Below, one piece after another: positions 1-14,396 of a DNA stretch of 64,000 bases. The stretch's first letter is position 1. The number at the start of each line of letters is the position of its first letter. This DNA comes from Dimorphilus gyrociliatus (Eukaryota > Animalia > Annelida), in contig CAJFCJ010000031.1 of the NCBI GenBank assembly GCA_904063045.1, positions 1 to 64,000 of the forward strand, written 5' to 3'. The notes beneath the pieces are model-generated. The model was not told the DNA's origin and searched no databases. It worked only from the letters and a program-made list of their open reading frames with translations. Both the position numbers and the translations under genes were made by a program.

Positions 1-10
1 TTTTACTTAC

Positions 11-3000
11 TTTAGCATCTTCTTCCAAATTCATTCCTGTTCCGGGTCTACTTAAAATAGTACTCGCAATTTTTTGTGCGTGTTCAGTAAGGGCACTGAC
101 AAGTTCATGCTCCGACATGGGTTTAGGTGAAAAAGCGAATTGTTCAGATCCATCATCTAGTTTAAGGACAAAAAAATCTGTAACATTTGCAATAGACTAT
201 TGAAATGTTAACTGAATTATCTCGATAAATCGAATCAAAATATTTTAACGTGGTTGTGACGAAATCTTGGTAAAAAGAAAAGTACGGTAACAAGGTCAAC
301 AAAATATACCTAGTTATTATTGTTTCCCTTTTATATTTACTATTTATTCAATTCTTAAAAACGTCTATAAAAATATCGAAAATGCAATTTTTGTGTTTGC
401 CTTTCTTTTTCCCTGTCAATATGACTTAAATAGGAAAATCATGTGATCGGAATAGGGAGAAAAAAAGCCAGTAATTCTTATTCATTTATATTTTTTACTC
501 GATTTCGTCGCTTATCCCCGTTAAAATGCTTTTTTTTGTTTTTTTAAGGGTTTTTTTTTTGTCATTCGTCGTCGTCTCTAGGGATAGTAATTAGTTCTTA
601 TTGAAAATATTACAAACTAAAAGGTAAAAAACAAAAAATGGAAACCAAAAAAACTAAAAAAAAAAAAAATACACATTTTCAAAACGTCAAACGTAAAAAA
701 AAAATAAGAAAAGGTATAATAAATATAATTACAAATACAAAAAAACTCCATTCAAATAATTAAATCAGAGAGGGGAAAATGTTTCATAAGGGTTTTGTTT
801 TTTCAAAAAAACAAAAATATTGATAAAATAAATGAAAAAAAAAACAAAATTACTTCTTCAAAAAAGACAAAATCTGTTGAAATCAGAAGAATTTCGTTGT
901 TTTATTTTATTGCACAGAACCTTTTTAATACCTGATATATATGATAGATTGTCTGACGGTATGGATCTTTGACTCTTTCTTGTTGTCGTTCTTGAATTGA
1001 GATAATCGATAATGGGATTGGACTGTATCGATTGTCTTGGTGATATTCTAGACATGAAATTTTCTTCGTCAATTTCTTCTTCAATAGTTTTTGGTAATTT
1101 TTGTAATTTTTTCGACGCTAAAAAACCCTTTTCTTTTCGCCTTCTTCGTACTGTTTTGTCTGGCGGTAGGTCCATTATTGGAAAATTAAAATGACTAACT
1201 TTCTGCGACTGATTGTACTGAACGTGTGGAATGGTTAGAAAATCTCTACCATCGGCTTGTAATTGCTCTTCCAGTTTTAAGGAATCAGAAGCTGATTCAT
1301 CCGTTTCATCACTAAACTCTTCTTCCCCTTCCTCTTCCTCTTCCTCATCCTCTTCCTCCTCGTCGTAGGAGTCGCTATTAGTGTACTCATCTTCATCCTT
1401 GTATTCTACCCTTTCTAATTCAGCAGTAACGTTTTCTTGATCTCCTTCAATGTCATTAACTTCTTTTTCTCTATCACTTCTAACTCTAATCTCTCTAACA
1501 TTTTCCTCTTCAAAATCCTCTACTACTATTATCTGATCTTCCACACTAATATCTCTATCCAGACTATTTTCCGTCTCTTTCTTCTCCTTACTATATTCTA
1601 TAAAAATTCCTGGCACATCTTTAGATTTTATTTTTTTAATCTTCTTCCTCGTCTTTTTAGCATTTAACCTATCAACTCGTCTAATATGTTCACGTTCCAA
1701 ATCATCTAAATCCTCTATTACGTTTAAATGAATAAACTAAATAATCTGTTTTCCTTTTCTTATGTTTTTGTACAATAAAAATCATTTTGCACGTAAGATA
1801 ATCAATGAGAAGATAAATACATAGATAATAAATAATAAAGATTCTCTTTCAATGTTTCTATAATCAACTTAAAATATAAATAATAGAAATAAATACGTAA
1901 TAAACAAACAAATAAATAACTTAAAAAGAGAATGAAATATATATAAATAAGTAGTAAAGTAATTAAAAGCTTACCTTGAGGTAATTTTACACTTAATAAA
2001 CTTGCTCCGGAAGGAGATAAATCATCAGATCTTTCAGCTTTTTTTTTTACAAGAAAAAAGGAAATTATTAATACTATTATCTCCGCTAATCAACTCTTTA
2101 TTTCTAACTTAATTCGACTCTTTCCATTGAACTCTTAATTTGCTGTCCTGAAACAAGTGATGCGGGAGATGAAGGGCGAGTCCATTTTTCGTCATCCTAA
2201 TAAATAGTAGAAGAAAGTAACATTTTCCTTTATTATTTAATTTAATATACTACCGTAGTAGACGCGTTCAATTTAGTAGGAGTGACAGGTCTTATTGTGC
2301 CTCCTACACTGACAGTCTCTCCACCAGGAACAACAATAACGCTGCCAGTTGTTGATTTTTCTAAAGAATGATAATTAAGAGAAATGAAATGAGAAAGTTA
2401 TTGGCATATAATCTGACAAGTTAATAATATTAGATATTTCTTTCCTTTACTTAGCTTATATTAACATATATTAAGGAAATATCTAAAATATTAAATAAGG
2501 TCGTTCAAAATAGTTTATGCAAAATTAAAAATAGAAGAGAAAATTTTAAAAGTCATGAATATTCATTAGGCAATATATGGTCAAAGGTTTGGGAAGGAGA
2601 TGGCATAGATGCATACTTTAATATGAAATAAAATAAAAAAGTCTTAGATTTTTCTCTTAATAACTAAAAAGATGTAAATTTAGAATAAAGTAAATAAAAA
2701 GTATATAAAACTGAAAGAAGATAAAACAGTTGGAAGGATGAAAAATAGAAATATAGAAATTTTTCGTCTGCTTTTTTTTTTTAAGAACCTTCTGCTCCTT
2801 TCTTCTTTTTTCTTTTTTGTGTCGATTTGGATTCAACTGTATCTTTTAATCTCCATCCTTTAATTGTTGATGTTTATATTTTTTGTTTTGTTTTAGGGTG
2901 TAAAATATGTGTTGAAGTGAATATTTTGGATTTTTGTTTAAAAAAAAAAAGAAAACTTATATAATGTTTGTTTTGTCAGAAAATGGTGCATATATTAAAA

Positions 3001-6000
3001 AACAACACCTGCAGGATTCCCTGTTTTATGTTTGTGAAAGGTAGAACTAAAAGAACTGGACAATACGGTCGATCCAGGATCTTCGAATTGTCCTAATAAA
3101 TTTTAATATAGGACTTTTGTGGAATTTCATTATTAATTCTAAAATTACCCTTTAATTCAACTGTGTGTAGTGAACTGGACGGAGTAACCTTGATATCTTC
3201 TTCGTCTTTGAATAAAAGAATAAATGAGTGTTTAGAATCAAAAGAAGTTTCTTTTTTTTCACAGTTTTACTGATAATCAATTTGTTTGTTTTGTTTAAAA
3301 AAGAACATTGAACAAAACCGAACTATGAGGAAAGATGCATTTAATTAAGGTTGTAAACACAAACCTGTCGTTTCATCTTCGGCTTCTCTGGTAACTTCTA
3401 AGGTAGGTTCTCTACTAACTGCGGTTGGTCTAACACTGGCCTGAGTGAGAGTGCTGGATTGAGGGGTTGGAGGTTCTACTTGGACTAGAGGTAAGCTTAG
3501 GTCGATTATGTGCTTTTTAATTGGTGGTAAAGCAGCAGCACTAGCAAAAGTTTGCTCGCGTGATAGCAAACCCGTTTCATCTACGGAACGGATTGGTGAT
3601 AATTGACCTGTGATTTTTTCAGTGCATTTAATTCATTAACACCAATAAAAATAATTATTTTTGTTTTTTAAATACAAATCTTGTGTTTAATTTAAAAAAC
3701 AAAGTTAATTTCATTATAGTATCGTAACTATACAGTATGACGCCGTACAGTATAAGTTACTTTCATAAAGATGGCATTAGTGGGGGCATTTTACAATGTT
3801 CTTTAAAAATTTCGTAATTTTCAAAATACTATCCGTATTAATTATTAATGTCAAAAATATCAAAATTTATGATTTATTCTTAATTAAAAAAATAAAAATT
3901 TGGATGAAAACTAAACGGAAGTAGTATTTTTTCTCCGCCAAAAAATTTCCCCAATTTGCCTATTATCGTAGAAATGGAAAATGATTAGATTACTTATGAA
4001 ATTTATTACTAAAACTTAACTTCTTATCATTGGTTAAATAATAATCTAATTGTTTTGTTCCATTATCTACAAAGTGTTCTTTTTTTTTCAATAAATTAAA
4101 AAAAGAAAAACACTTTTAAAAACTTAATTTTAAAAAAAAACAACAACAGTTAATTAAGAAGCTGTAAATAAACACCAAAATGAATAAAAAAAAAAAACAC
4201 TGATAAAAAAGAAACTCCAAAATTCATGCATAAAAGCCGGGTTAGCAGGTGTCAAATTTCCATGCTTTTGTTTTGATTTATCTTACCAAATTTCCTGTAG
4301 GCTATTGGATCCTCAAAGCTAACGCCACTAACACTGGAACGTCTGGAACTAGCACCACTCTGTGGAGTTGAATCCTTTAAGGATGCTACAGGTATTCCCC
4401 CGCAATATTCCCTCTCTCCATCAGAATCGGGTAAACTTCTACTCTTTCCTTTTATTTTTTACAAGGTGCAGTTTTTTGTTTTGTTTTTAAATTAATAAGA
4501 AAGCAGAAGAGGAAAAAAAACAGTAAGTTTTTTCTTTTGAATAATATAAATAATTAATATGTAAATAGTTAACCTATCATTGAGGAGCTAACTTTCTAGA
4601 ATCAATTACAATACAGTTAGTTTCTCTATCTTTATACATAATAGTATAGATATCAATGCTTAATGTGACATAGTTTCGTATTGTTTACCACGAAAAAGAA
4701 TGATAAAAGCGTACTTTTTAACAAAATAAATAATATATATGTATATATGTATACATTGAAGATATATTGTATATAAAGTAAAAAGTATACCTGTATTTTT
4801 GAAGCGAGGGGATTTCATTGATACTTTAGAACCTTTTGGTCCTGATGAACTACTTCCTGTTGCTGATTTTACAGATTGTACCTCCAATTGAGACTCAAGA
4901 TAATTCTAAATAGGGATTAGATTTATTAATAAGTTCTTCTTTTATAATTTAATTTCAACGAACCATAACAGCTTCACCCATGTCAAATTGACTGTAATTT
5001 GATTTGGCACTGCTAGCACCATCAGGTTTGGCACGAGAGGGAGGATGTTTTACAGGGCTGGATTCTTTATCGAAATCCTCCTCTTTAACTTCGCTAATTA
5101 CCTCTTTTTCCATTTCATCGTACATCTCTTTTTCTCTTAGGGCCTGTTCTTCAAGAACTCTCTGTGAAAACAAAAGGTATATTGGTTGGTCATGTTCTAT
5201 TTAATAGTAAATAATGTGAATTATACCATCTGTTTATCGAGAGCGTCATTTATGGCACTTTTAACTAAAAGATCAGCAAGAACGTCCTCCTTTTTACCTC
5301 GAGGTAGACGTTCGTAGGCTATTGATTTTTTCTGCTCCTTGTCAACAATGGCTAAAGTGGAGAATTTCTGCGTTAAAGTATCCGGATCTTCTTCTTCGGT
5401 AATTTCTTCAAGTTCTGTTCCAGTTTTGGCGAATGAGAAACCGCTAAGTAAGCCGGGTGCAAGAAGCATCTGCCTGAGTATTCTATAAGGAGGCGGTAAG
5501 GCCGAAAGATCATCGTTAATTCTCGTCCTAAGACTTGGATTAACGGCATTGGGCTGATAGATTGTTTTCTCTTGAACAAATCCTTGCGCTGTGAGTCTCT
5601 CTAGGAACGAATCATCAAACGATCTAGTCAATCGGCTAAGGTATCTTCTAGCCGAATAGCCCGGTCTAAGTTTCTTATATTTATCAGCATTGGTGAACTT
5701 TAGATTAACTGGAGAACCCTGTATTAACGGACCACTTTTTAAATTATTAATTGAAAATATAGTCGTATCCAGCCCATTGAAAGAGTAATATCTACCCTAA
5801 CAATCAATTTATAAAATGGTCGAATAAACTTCAAAGAATTAATTACTTGCCAAAGCGCTAAAATTTTGTTCATATTTCTGGTCACATGATTAGATTTTTT
5901 GATTAAAAAGTGACAAAGTTTATATATCATAGATGGGATTGATAAGTCTATCCTTTAAAACAAAAAAAAATGATATATTGACTTTGTACACTATATAAAA

Positions 6001-6999
6001 TATACCATAGAAGAGTAGAAGATTAGTACAATAACTGGGAAAAAGGTGAATAAATAACTTATGAATAATCTATGTAAATAGTTTGAGTAACTCTGTAATA
6101 GAGTTTTAAATAAAAAAAAGGGCATTTATTGTTTAGAATAGAGAAAGGATCTGCTGTATATTTTATCTTATAAATGTTACACGTAACGCGCCTACTAGTT
6201 GAAATTGTAAGAATAATAACTATTAAATAATTCAATATACCTTTCCACCGTAGCTAAGGATTGCTCTTCCTAGATCTTCAACTGTGTGTAAAATCTCTTC
6301 TATAGATGCGCTTTCATCTTCTTTCTTTTTATTCTTTTCGGCAAGATCCTCCGAAAAGAGTATTAAGGCACCCTTTCTAGTGGTAAAGGTTTTAGGTAAA
6401 GGTACTTCGGATCTCGACGTTGAAGTTGCAATTGAATCCTCAGAGACCGGTGGTAAATATAATCTTGCCGAATGATAATTATGATAATCCTGAAAGATTA
6501 GAAATAAAATATTGTATTTTTTCTCTACTATATAAAAATTTAAAGCTACGATCAAACAAAAAGAGACAATGAATTATAGCAGGATTGATCGAAAAATGAC
6601 TTAAAACTCTCATCCTTAAAGAAAGAATTATCGACGAAATAATAGAAATTATACCCTCTTTTTCAACTTGAAGTTTCTCAATTCCTCTTTAATATATTAA
6701 CTGAATAATATAGGAGGAAGAAATTTTTATCAATGTATTGGCATTCATAACAAATATTATTAGGCTTTATGTTTCTAGTAAGTGTTGTTAAGGATAAGGT
6801 TTTTTTTTTCTTTTTTTTTTTTGCAGGTAGTTAATTAATAAAGTAGAAATATTTTCTATTTCTATATTTAACAATATTCCTATTTCTTTCTTTTTTATAC
6901 CTGAGGTTCTAATTCAACATCAATTCTTTCATGACCATTCTTTCTTCTTGTTCCGACTCCTCTTGATAAAAGGGATAAATTTATCGTTATTCCGGGCAT
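11..6999 (-). CDS. KIAA2012: KIAA2012-like protein, multi-exon, 3' end lies beyond the left window edge
   Basis: Exon 1 6999-6901 (MPGITINLSLLSRG...ELEPQ) splices to exon 2 6489-6241 (DYHNY...LPKTFTTRKGALILFSEDLA...LHTVEDLGRAILSYG). These match recalled KIAA2012 motifs LSLLSRG, EPEDY and LPKTFSTRKGALILYSE. Further exons include 5718-5227, from 5161 down, the acidic ORF at ~1700-932, and 177-11, which ends in a GTAAGT donor. Internal junctions were only partly checked. Confidence 0.75.
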
Positions 7000-8192
7000 T
7001 CTAAGGTCATATTAATAATAGTAAGTTTGGTTTTTTTGTCTAGTATCCATATAAATGTCTGTTGAAAATATCACTGAAATAATTATCCGATTGTTGAAAG
7101 TTGAATTTAAATTATCCTTTTATATCCTTCTATTATTTTTCGCTCTTTTCGAGAGAATTTCCTATCATTAAAACTATAAGAATTGCGAATAGAACCAAAC
7201 GAGAGAAAGTAGAAAGAGTAAATAATAAAAAAAATCGCCGCGTATCGAAGTGGCGCTGTTTCGATTGGTTTCGGATATAGAAATACAGGCAACAGGCCGT
7301 TTTATTCAATAAGCTTGAATGGCAATCAGTACAAGATATATATATATATATATATATTTATGTATTTATATACGTTTTAACTAGTAAAAAGAGGCCTGTA
7401 ATCATAAACAATTATTTTGAAATTAAGCCAATTAACATAAATATTTAATATAAGATAAGTATAAGAGGGCGGTCAAAAAGGAAAATAAGAGAGGTACTTT
7501 TGTCGGTAATGTTTAAAAATTTTTAATAATAGTGATAATCCAATAAACATCTATATTAACCTGTCTCTCTATACTATTTATATGATATACTTTCACTTTT
7601 AAACACGATTATAAATACACATATAGTTATATATTAATGATAATGCTGTATGAATATGCAGTGCAAGCTTTTTAAGAAAATGTAAAGCATTTGATATGGA
7701 TCAGCTTGAATGAGGAAATGAAAGAAAAACAGTAACGAGTTAGTCAATCTATCTTGTTCTAAATTACAATTGAATTTTTTTTATTCATTGAAAGCTAGTA
7801 AATCTCTCTCTCTCTCTCTTTCCTTCTCTCTCAATCGTATTTTAACACATTTTCTCTAGCTCTTGAAAATGGTCTATCACCCAATTGATAAAAGAAAATT
7901 TTTGCTTTTTTGATTTATAATATTATAAAAATCTTAAGACATAAGCATATTTTAATTTTCTCTCTATGTCTTTTGTTCTCTCTCTCTCTCTCTCTTTCTC
8001 TCACTACCATTATGTTTAATCCCTTTAAAAAATTTTGTCATTCAACATATAAATGAATGGTGGGTTAAAAAAAAATTCACAGTCAATATTCGCCTATAGG
8101 TATTAGGCTATAGAATAAGCGAAAACAACAAAAGTCCTTAGATCAATAACCACTTTGTATAAAGTGGCGGGAAGGACGCCATATTAGTTAGT

Positions 8193-8205
8193 ATTGCCAG
8201 GCAAC
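8193..8205. promoter_or_regulatory. RFX X-box-like element upstream of KIAA2012-like
   Basis: ATTGCCAGGCAAC (reverse strand GTTGCCTGGCAAT) is a near-perfect X-box ~1.2 kb upstream of the ATG at 6999, in a locally GC-richer patch. Confidence 0.45.
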
Positions 8206-9216
8206 AGCACAGATGACCACGTGCGAGAGAATTTCTTACATAACGATAAGATATTTCGCAGTTGGAGGGGTTGTTAAAGCTTTAAGAGTATTATAAACTG
8301 ATTATTACATAGGAGAGATAAGGAAATTTTTTGTTGTATTCTAGATTATCTTAGATAAGATCGAATAGATTAGAGCACCAAGTCGTAATAAAAGAATGTT
8401 TTTCAAGGAATTTTATACTCGTAGGCGTGTTCTAAGAAAAACAAAAAAAGGTAGTTGACATAAAGAAAAATTGATTAGATGAATGTCAATGATGTTACAT
8501 AAGTAAATATAGGGAAAAGAAGTTCTTGTCAAGCAGGATATCCGTTTGTTTCACCTTTGAAATAAAGAAAAGGTATAAAAACTAAATCGTTAAAACTCCA
8601 ATTAGATTATCTATCAATAACTTTTACACTTATACTTCTTTATCGATTTTTAATTAGTGTCTGTTAATAATCCTACTTAATAAGTTGATGTCAAAGAAAA
8701 ACTACAGATGGCGATTTTCAGCTACGCCAAACGCTAGAGGCAATTATGCAAGAATGTTAATGAAATTGCGACAAGCTAAGATATGGTGACTGATGGCGGA
8801 TAATATGCAAATTGCCGCTTACTATTTTCCTTTTTGTAACAAGCAATTCTCGTCCATCATGCTGATGGTATAGACAATATAAAGATTAAAAATTCTTTAG
8901 TGTTTGCTCTATGAAAATACATGATTAAAGATTACTCTGACTAGAAAGAGATAAGTCAGCGTTCGAAGATATAATTCAAAAGTTTGTCCAAAATATATGG
9001 GCTGTAAAGAAAAGTGTTCGAAAATTAGTGATTGTTATTGGCAGCGTAACAAAAGTAATTTCAATTTCAATTGAAACGTAAAATTATCTTGAAATAAATG
9101 CTTATAAATAAACTGAAAACGTACTCTGGAAAGAAATATGACTAGACGGTAAACGTTAAAAATAACTGTTCAGGTTACAATTGAAATAGATGAAAAAGTC
9201 AAAGAAAATGTATACT

Positions 9217-12200
9217 TTAGCCAAATATATCTTGTAATTCGTCATTGGCTGTTTTGTCATTACTTTTGCCAGCATTATTCGTTCCAGGAGTATTCTGTTT
9301 TGACATTTGTAAATTTGAATAAATTGGATTCGGAGGAGTTACAGGAATATTCGGACGGTATGAAAAATTCATCATGGGAGAAATTGGTTGCAAAGGATTT
9401 GCTTGTTGGGAGGTCGCTTGTGGTTGAAACGATGACGGTGCATTCCTCGGTTGAAGAAACGGGTTGGTTTTAGTTGGTCTACTACTGACAGGTCTGCTTT
9501 GTGGTATCATAGGCACACTTCGTGGGGTCATAGGCAGACTTTGTGGAGTCATAGGCATACTTTGTGGAGTCATAGGCATGGTATTTGGAGTCATAGATCT
9601 GTTTTGTGCTTGGGATATTGGAGAAATAAGTGAATCTTGTAATTGAGAGCTTAAATCTTTAACTGTCGATGCTTTTTGTGCAGTTACCGACTGATTCAAG
9701 TTATTTAAAGGTTTCAATTGAGTTGATGAATTTTCAGCATATAAATTTTTTTGTTCTGTTTGTCGTGTCAGTTTAAGCTTTTCTTCCATTGTCAGCTGAG
9801 GCTAATAAGTCAAAATGGATATTTTTAAAGCTAAAACGATTGAAAAAATAAAGGAAATAAACCTTAGAATTAGAAAAATTTTTCGTTGAAGCCTTATTAT
9901 TTGTATTTTCTGTACCATTCCCATTGAAAGTTGACATAAATCCGTCCATCTAAAATTTAAAGCAATAGAGAAATTTAAATCATATCAAAGTTCAAAAGTA
10001 ACAAACCAATGTGTTGCCATTATTTTGCTTATTTTCTTCGGATTTAACATTGTTAGCAGCATGATGTTTAAAATCTAAACCTCTGCAAAAACGTAAAAGA
10101 ATATACGCTTGTTTTTATTCTTAAGTCAACTAACCTTTGTTCATCCTGTATAGACTTTATTTGTTCTAATTTTACTCTATGTTCATCCTCTACTTTATTC
10201 AGCATATCGCGTATAATTGACATGAAAGCATTGAACTGTATATGGAAAAAAAGAAAAAACTTTATATTATTTTTCATTCTGAAATTTTTCTAATCAATAT
10301 TTATATGTTACACTAGATAGTTATATAGTATAAATTATATATATATATATTAATCTACTTTCAAATATTTGCTTTACTAAATTTGAGATATTGCAATATA
10401 TATAATAGTTAATTTTTTCAATAAGCTTTTTATCATTGTAGATAATATTGTATGTATATATAAATGTATATACAGTTTATATAGTATATGTGTGTAATGC
10501 ATATTAGTAGTATATAATTAATTTCAAAGTTAAAAATATTGAATTAACTTTAAAATTAACTTTAGAATACCGATATTATATTTTTAAAAAATTTTATATA
10601 TAAAAAGTTACAATACGAAAGTTTTTTATGTAAATAAATAAAAAATACAATTTAGAATACAAACCTGATTTAAATTTAAACTGTTGTCAATAGAAAGGGG
10701 TATAATAAACGGTAATACCCGATTTGCCATAATATCCTTTGTAATTCCTAATTTTTTATGGGTTAGCGCTACTTTATAAATTCCTGAGAAATAAAGATGA
10801 AGAGTTAACATCTTCTTCAAGCTTGAAGAGATACTGTATTTGTTAAATACGAACCTAGCATACTCATTAACACAGCTGGTTCTCTAGATGGTATTTCTGT
10901 TAGTATTGGAAAAATATCGTCCAATACATACCATTTATCCATATATTCCATTATCTTTCCAATACATATTAAGCAATTAACCCTCACCTAGAATTGTTTA
11001 ATGTTAAACTATATTATTAAAGATATATTCTAGATAGCTCACACTTAAAATAGATGTTTGCAAAGCCAGCTTTCTAATTCTGGGGATAACATGATTCTTG
11101 ATGGAATTGTATTCAACCAAATTAGCAAAAGTAGGCAGAATTTCGAGACATAGTTCCTGTGAATAAATTTAATGGGTTACGATGGAATATCGCATTTCCT
11201 TATAGAATAGGTATTATCTACCTGTATTTGAGCAGCATTTCCTTCTAAACATCTATAAACCATGGGCAGAACAACATCCCTTATCTCAACAGATGAAGTT
11301 TTACTCAATAATAAATTCATATTTTGAAGAAATATCAAAGATATTTGTACAGGATCTCTCAGTGAAAAAACTGCTTTCAAGTCTGGCCATATTAATTCCA
11401 TGTATTCCTTATCTGACGATTTTTCAGCTACACTTAAAGTAGTTGGCAGAACGAAAGGGACCATATTTGGATTCGAAAATTCCTTAGCGATACATGGTAT
11501 AACGCGATTCAGTTGAACTCTCTATAAATAAGTGTTTATATAAATTAAATTACAAGTAATATTACTTAATATTTACCAATGGCATTTGGTTAATAATCTG
11601 AGGTAAACCTTTGAAAAATTTAGACTTTTCCAAATTATCTCTTTGAAAAAGCGAATCCAAATATTGTAGAGTCATTACGCCAACATCTTCAAAATATGGT
11701 ACCTTTGAGAAATAAGAGATGAACGATCAAACATAAAGCATACATTTAATAACAAACTTTGGACATTTGGTCAGCATCTGGTCGTAAAGTTGGTTCTGTG
11801 TTTAATAGCATTTTAACTTGCTCTCTTATTTCTTCTGGTAAATCGTGTGAAATAGAATTTCTAATAGTTCGTAACTTAAAAAAGGAATTATTAGAATAAT
11901 AAAGTTAAATTTGAATTAATTTTTCTCACTCACCTTTTCGATATTTGATCGAAATCCGTCTAGATTATCGCGACAATCATAGGGTGTTTTTCCTTCATTA
12001 TGCAGGGCATAAAACAGAATTCCCAGCGAATACATATCGCTGGCAGGAGAACTAGCTTGCTGCAGTATACTTTCTGGAGATGTGAAATTAAGCGGAGGCT
12101 GCGCTATTGGAGGAAGGCTCGATCTCCATTCAGGACAAGCCCAAAAAGGCTGGAATTAATAAAAAGGAAACAACAGTGTTACTTTGTCGATGTAATAAAT

Positions 12201-13135
12201 TTAAATATGTAACTATACTTCTTGGTCATTGCTATTTGAGTTTGGGATTGAAAAATCAAAACCAAATAGTTTCCAAGCTCCATTCTTATTTAAAATAATG
12301 CTTGAAGGAGATAAAGCAAAATGAACTAGCTTTGCGCTATTATGAAGAAATGTTAAACCCTCTGTGATCTGCATAAAGATTAGAAAATTAGAAAAAATTT
12401 TGTTTTCAAAAACCTATAAACAAAACTTTACTTGCAATAAACCATATTTTACTTCAACAGGAAACAATTTGAAATTTTGTAAATTAGAAGGAATGTTTGA
12501 CGATAAATTTGTATGATCACCAAGAATATTTCCTAGACTTGAAAACACTGGCTCGGTCACAAATGCTAATGAATCCCTTTTAATAGAATATTTGCGTTAT
12601 GAAGAAAAATCTTGACAGAATACTAATACCTTGACTCTTCGAGTGGATGCATAACAGAGAGGATTTTAGGATGTCTTAATTTAGTTAGCTGAGAGACTCC
12701 TCGTTTTATGATACTAATAACTATTTCGCGATCAGGTTTAGAATATTTTTCTACTAACTTCTTGTCGAATATCCAAACAGCAGCATTCTAAAGTGAAAGA
12801 ATTGTTTCAAAAAAGAAGCTTATAAAAAAAATACTATCTTCAGCCTACACTAATAAAAAAATTTTGACAAATGATTGTTTTCTGTCTATTTATTTGTTAT
12901 GAAATCAGAAAGAATCGCATACCTCTTTGGTGCTTTTCTTAACAGCTGCATGAATCTTCCACTGATAACAGGGGCCTCCACTTCCCTATTTAAAGATATT
13001 AAGTAAAACTCCTCTGTTGAGATTATTAATGAAAGTTCTACAAACTTGCAGAGTTAACACTTCAAAATCTCTTGTTACTGGATTCCCAGGTAGTGCTCCA
13101 CTAACTGTTGACTTTATCTTACTGAAGACGTCCAT
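9217..13135 (-). CDS. SCYL2: SCY1-like pseudokinase 2 (CVAK104), many short exons
   Basis: The N-terminus MDVFSKIKSTVSGALPGNPVTRDFEV..GSGG..WKI..KKSTKE matches SCYL2. HEAT-region exons read MVPFVLP..., LIFLQNMNLLL, VLPMVYRCLE and IYKVALTHKKLGITKDIMANRVLPF. It ends in a Pro/Gln-rich tail with the stop at 9217. Confidence 0.9.
9497..9594 (-). repeat. Coding 21-bp minisatellite (~4.5 copies) in SCYL2 tail
   Basis: Unit ~CTTTGTGGAGTCATAGGCATA on the + strand, encoding PMTPQS(M/L)-type heptads. Confidence 0.85.
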
Positions 13136-14396
13136 TGTTTTCCATCTGTAAAAATTAAAATCATTTTATGATTGATAATTTAAAAATTAAAAATTTATAA
13201 AGAGCCCTGATCAATATCACCGAAGAAATAAAAGCCAAGATATATTTAAAAACAGAAATTAGATACATGCAAATTTATATTTTTTTTAAATATTACGTTA
13301 CGTCTCTAGTTGATTTTTGTAAAATTTTAGCAGCTTGGTCCATTTTTAATGCTACTTTACAAATAATTAGTTAGTACAATTATATTATTTATAGAAATAG
13401 TAATTTTCAAAAGAAATTGCAAATAATACCTGTTAGTTCCTCGTTTGACAATATTATTTAATAAATAAGAGAAATTAAAAGTGAATAGAAGAGAATCAAG
13501 GGAAATATCACTAGCACTAGATGAACAGCTTATACGTCTGCAATTTATCTATTTCCGCTTCCAAATTTCTTTTCTAAAGTCTGGTTCCCGGATAATATTT
13601 TTAAAAAAAAGTTTGTCTATTATTTTGTTTTTATTCCTTTTTTGTGACAATATTTGAATATAATAGTATCATAAGTTGACTCTATTAATATTTGTAGGAC
13701 AAGGTTTGATAAATCGTATATCATAAAGATAGATAGCAAAAAAAGTTAATTTTAAAAAGTTATTTGACAGCACTGATTTTTTGTATATTGCAAAGTAGTG
13801 ACAGAAAAACCTTTATAAGACACCGTGCCCCCGTACTTTAGACACACCCTTCTAACGAATTCAGGAACAGAAATATTCTAAGTGTGAATGTTCAAAATAT
13901 CTTCCTATTCAGGAAATTATAAAGCATAAAACCACATTTGCTGAATCTAAGATAATTTAATTGCTAAAGGAACTGTAGGTAAGTTTTATGTTCCATTAAT
14001 TAAGTTTTATACCATGCAACAAGTTTTTTGAATAGCATAAAAAATATCATGGTCTCAAAAGATATATATTTTTGTAAAGCGTTGTATTGTATGAATTTTT
14101 ATCGACTATAACAAACTTCAAAATAGTTATAAATATATAAGAAGACTTTTTAGCGAAAAATAATATTAAATAAAGTTGAAAATGAAAAATGTTCTAAAAT
14201 TAACACGTGTTACTATTTAGAGTTTTACAGTTTTATACTACTTTTTCATAATTGAAAAAAGCTTTAAAGTCTTTCATAGTCACTTTTATAAAACGAAATT
14301 TCAATTTTCATTTTTAAACGTGTACTTTAAATGCTAAATTTTTTTCTATAGCGGAAGTTACCAGTGCTTTGGTGAAAATTAATTGTCAATGGTAAC

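Noticed and set aside
2430-2500. Imperfect inverted repeat (AGATATTTC..TTCCTT / AAGGAAATATCT) in a KIAA2012 intron
   Set aside because: Short and AT-rich, with no target-site duplication or second copy seen; insufficient for a MITE call.
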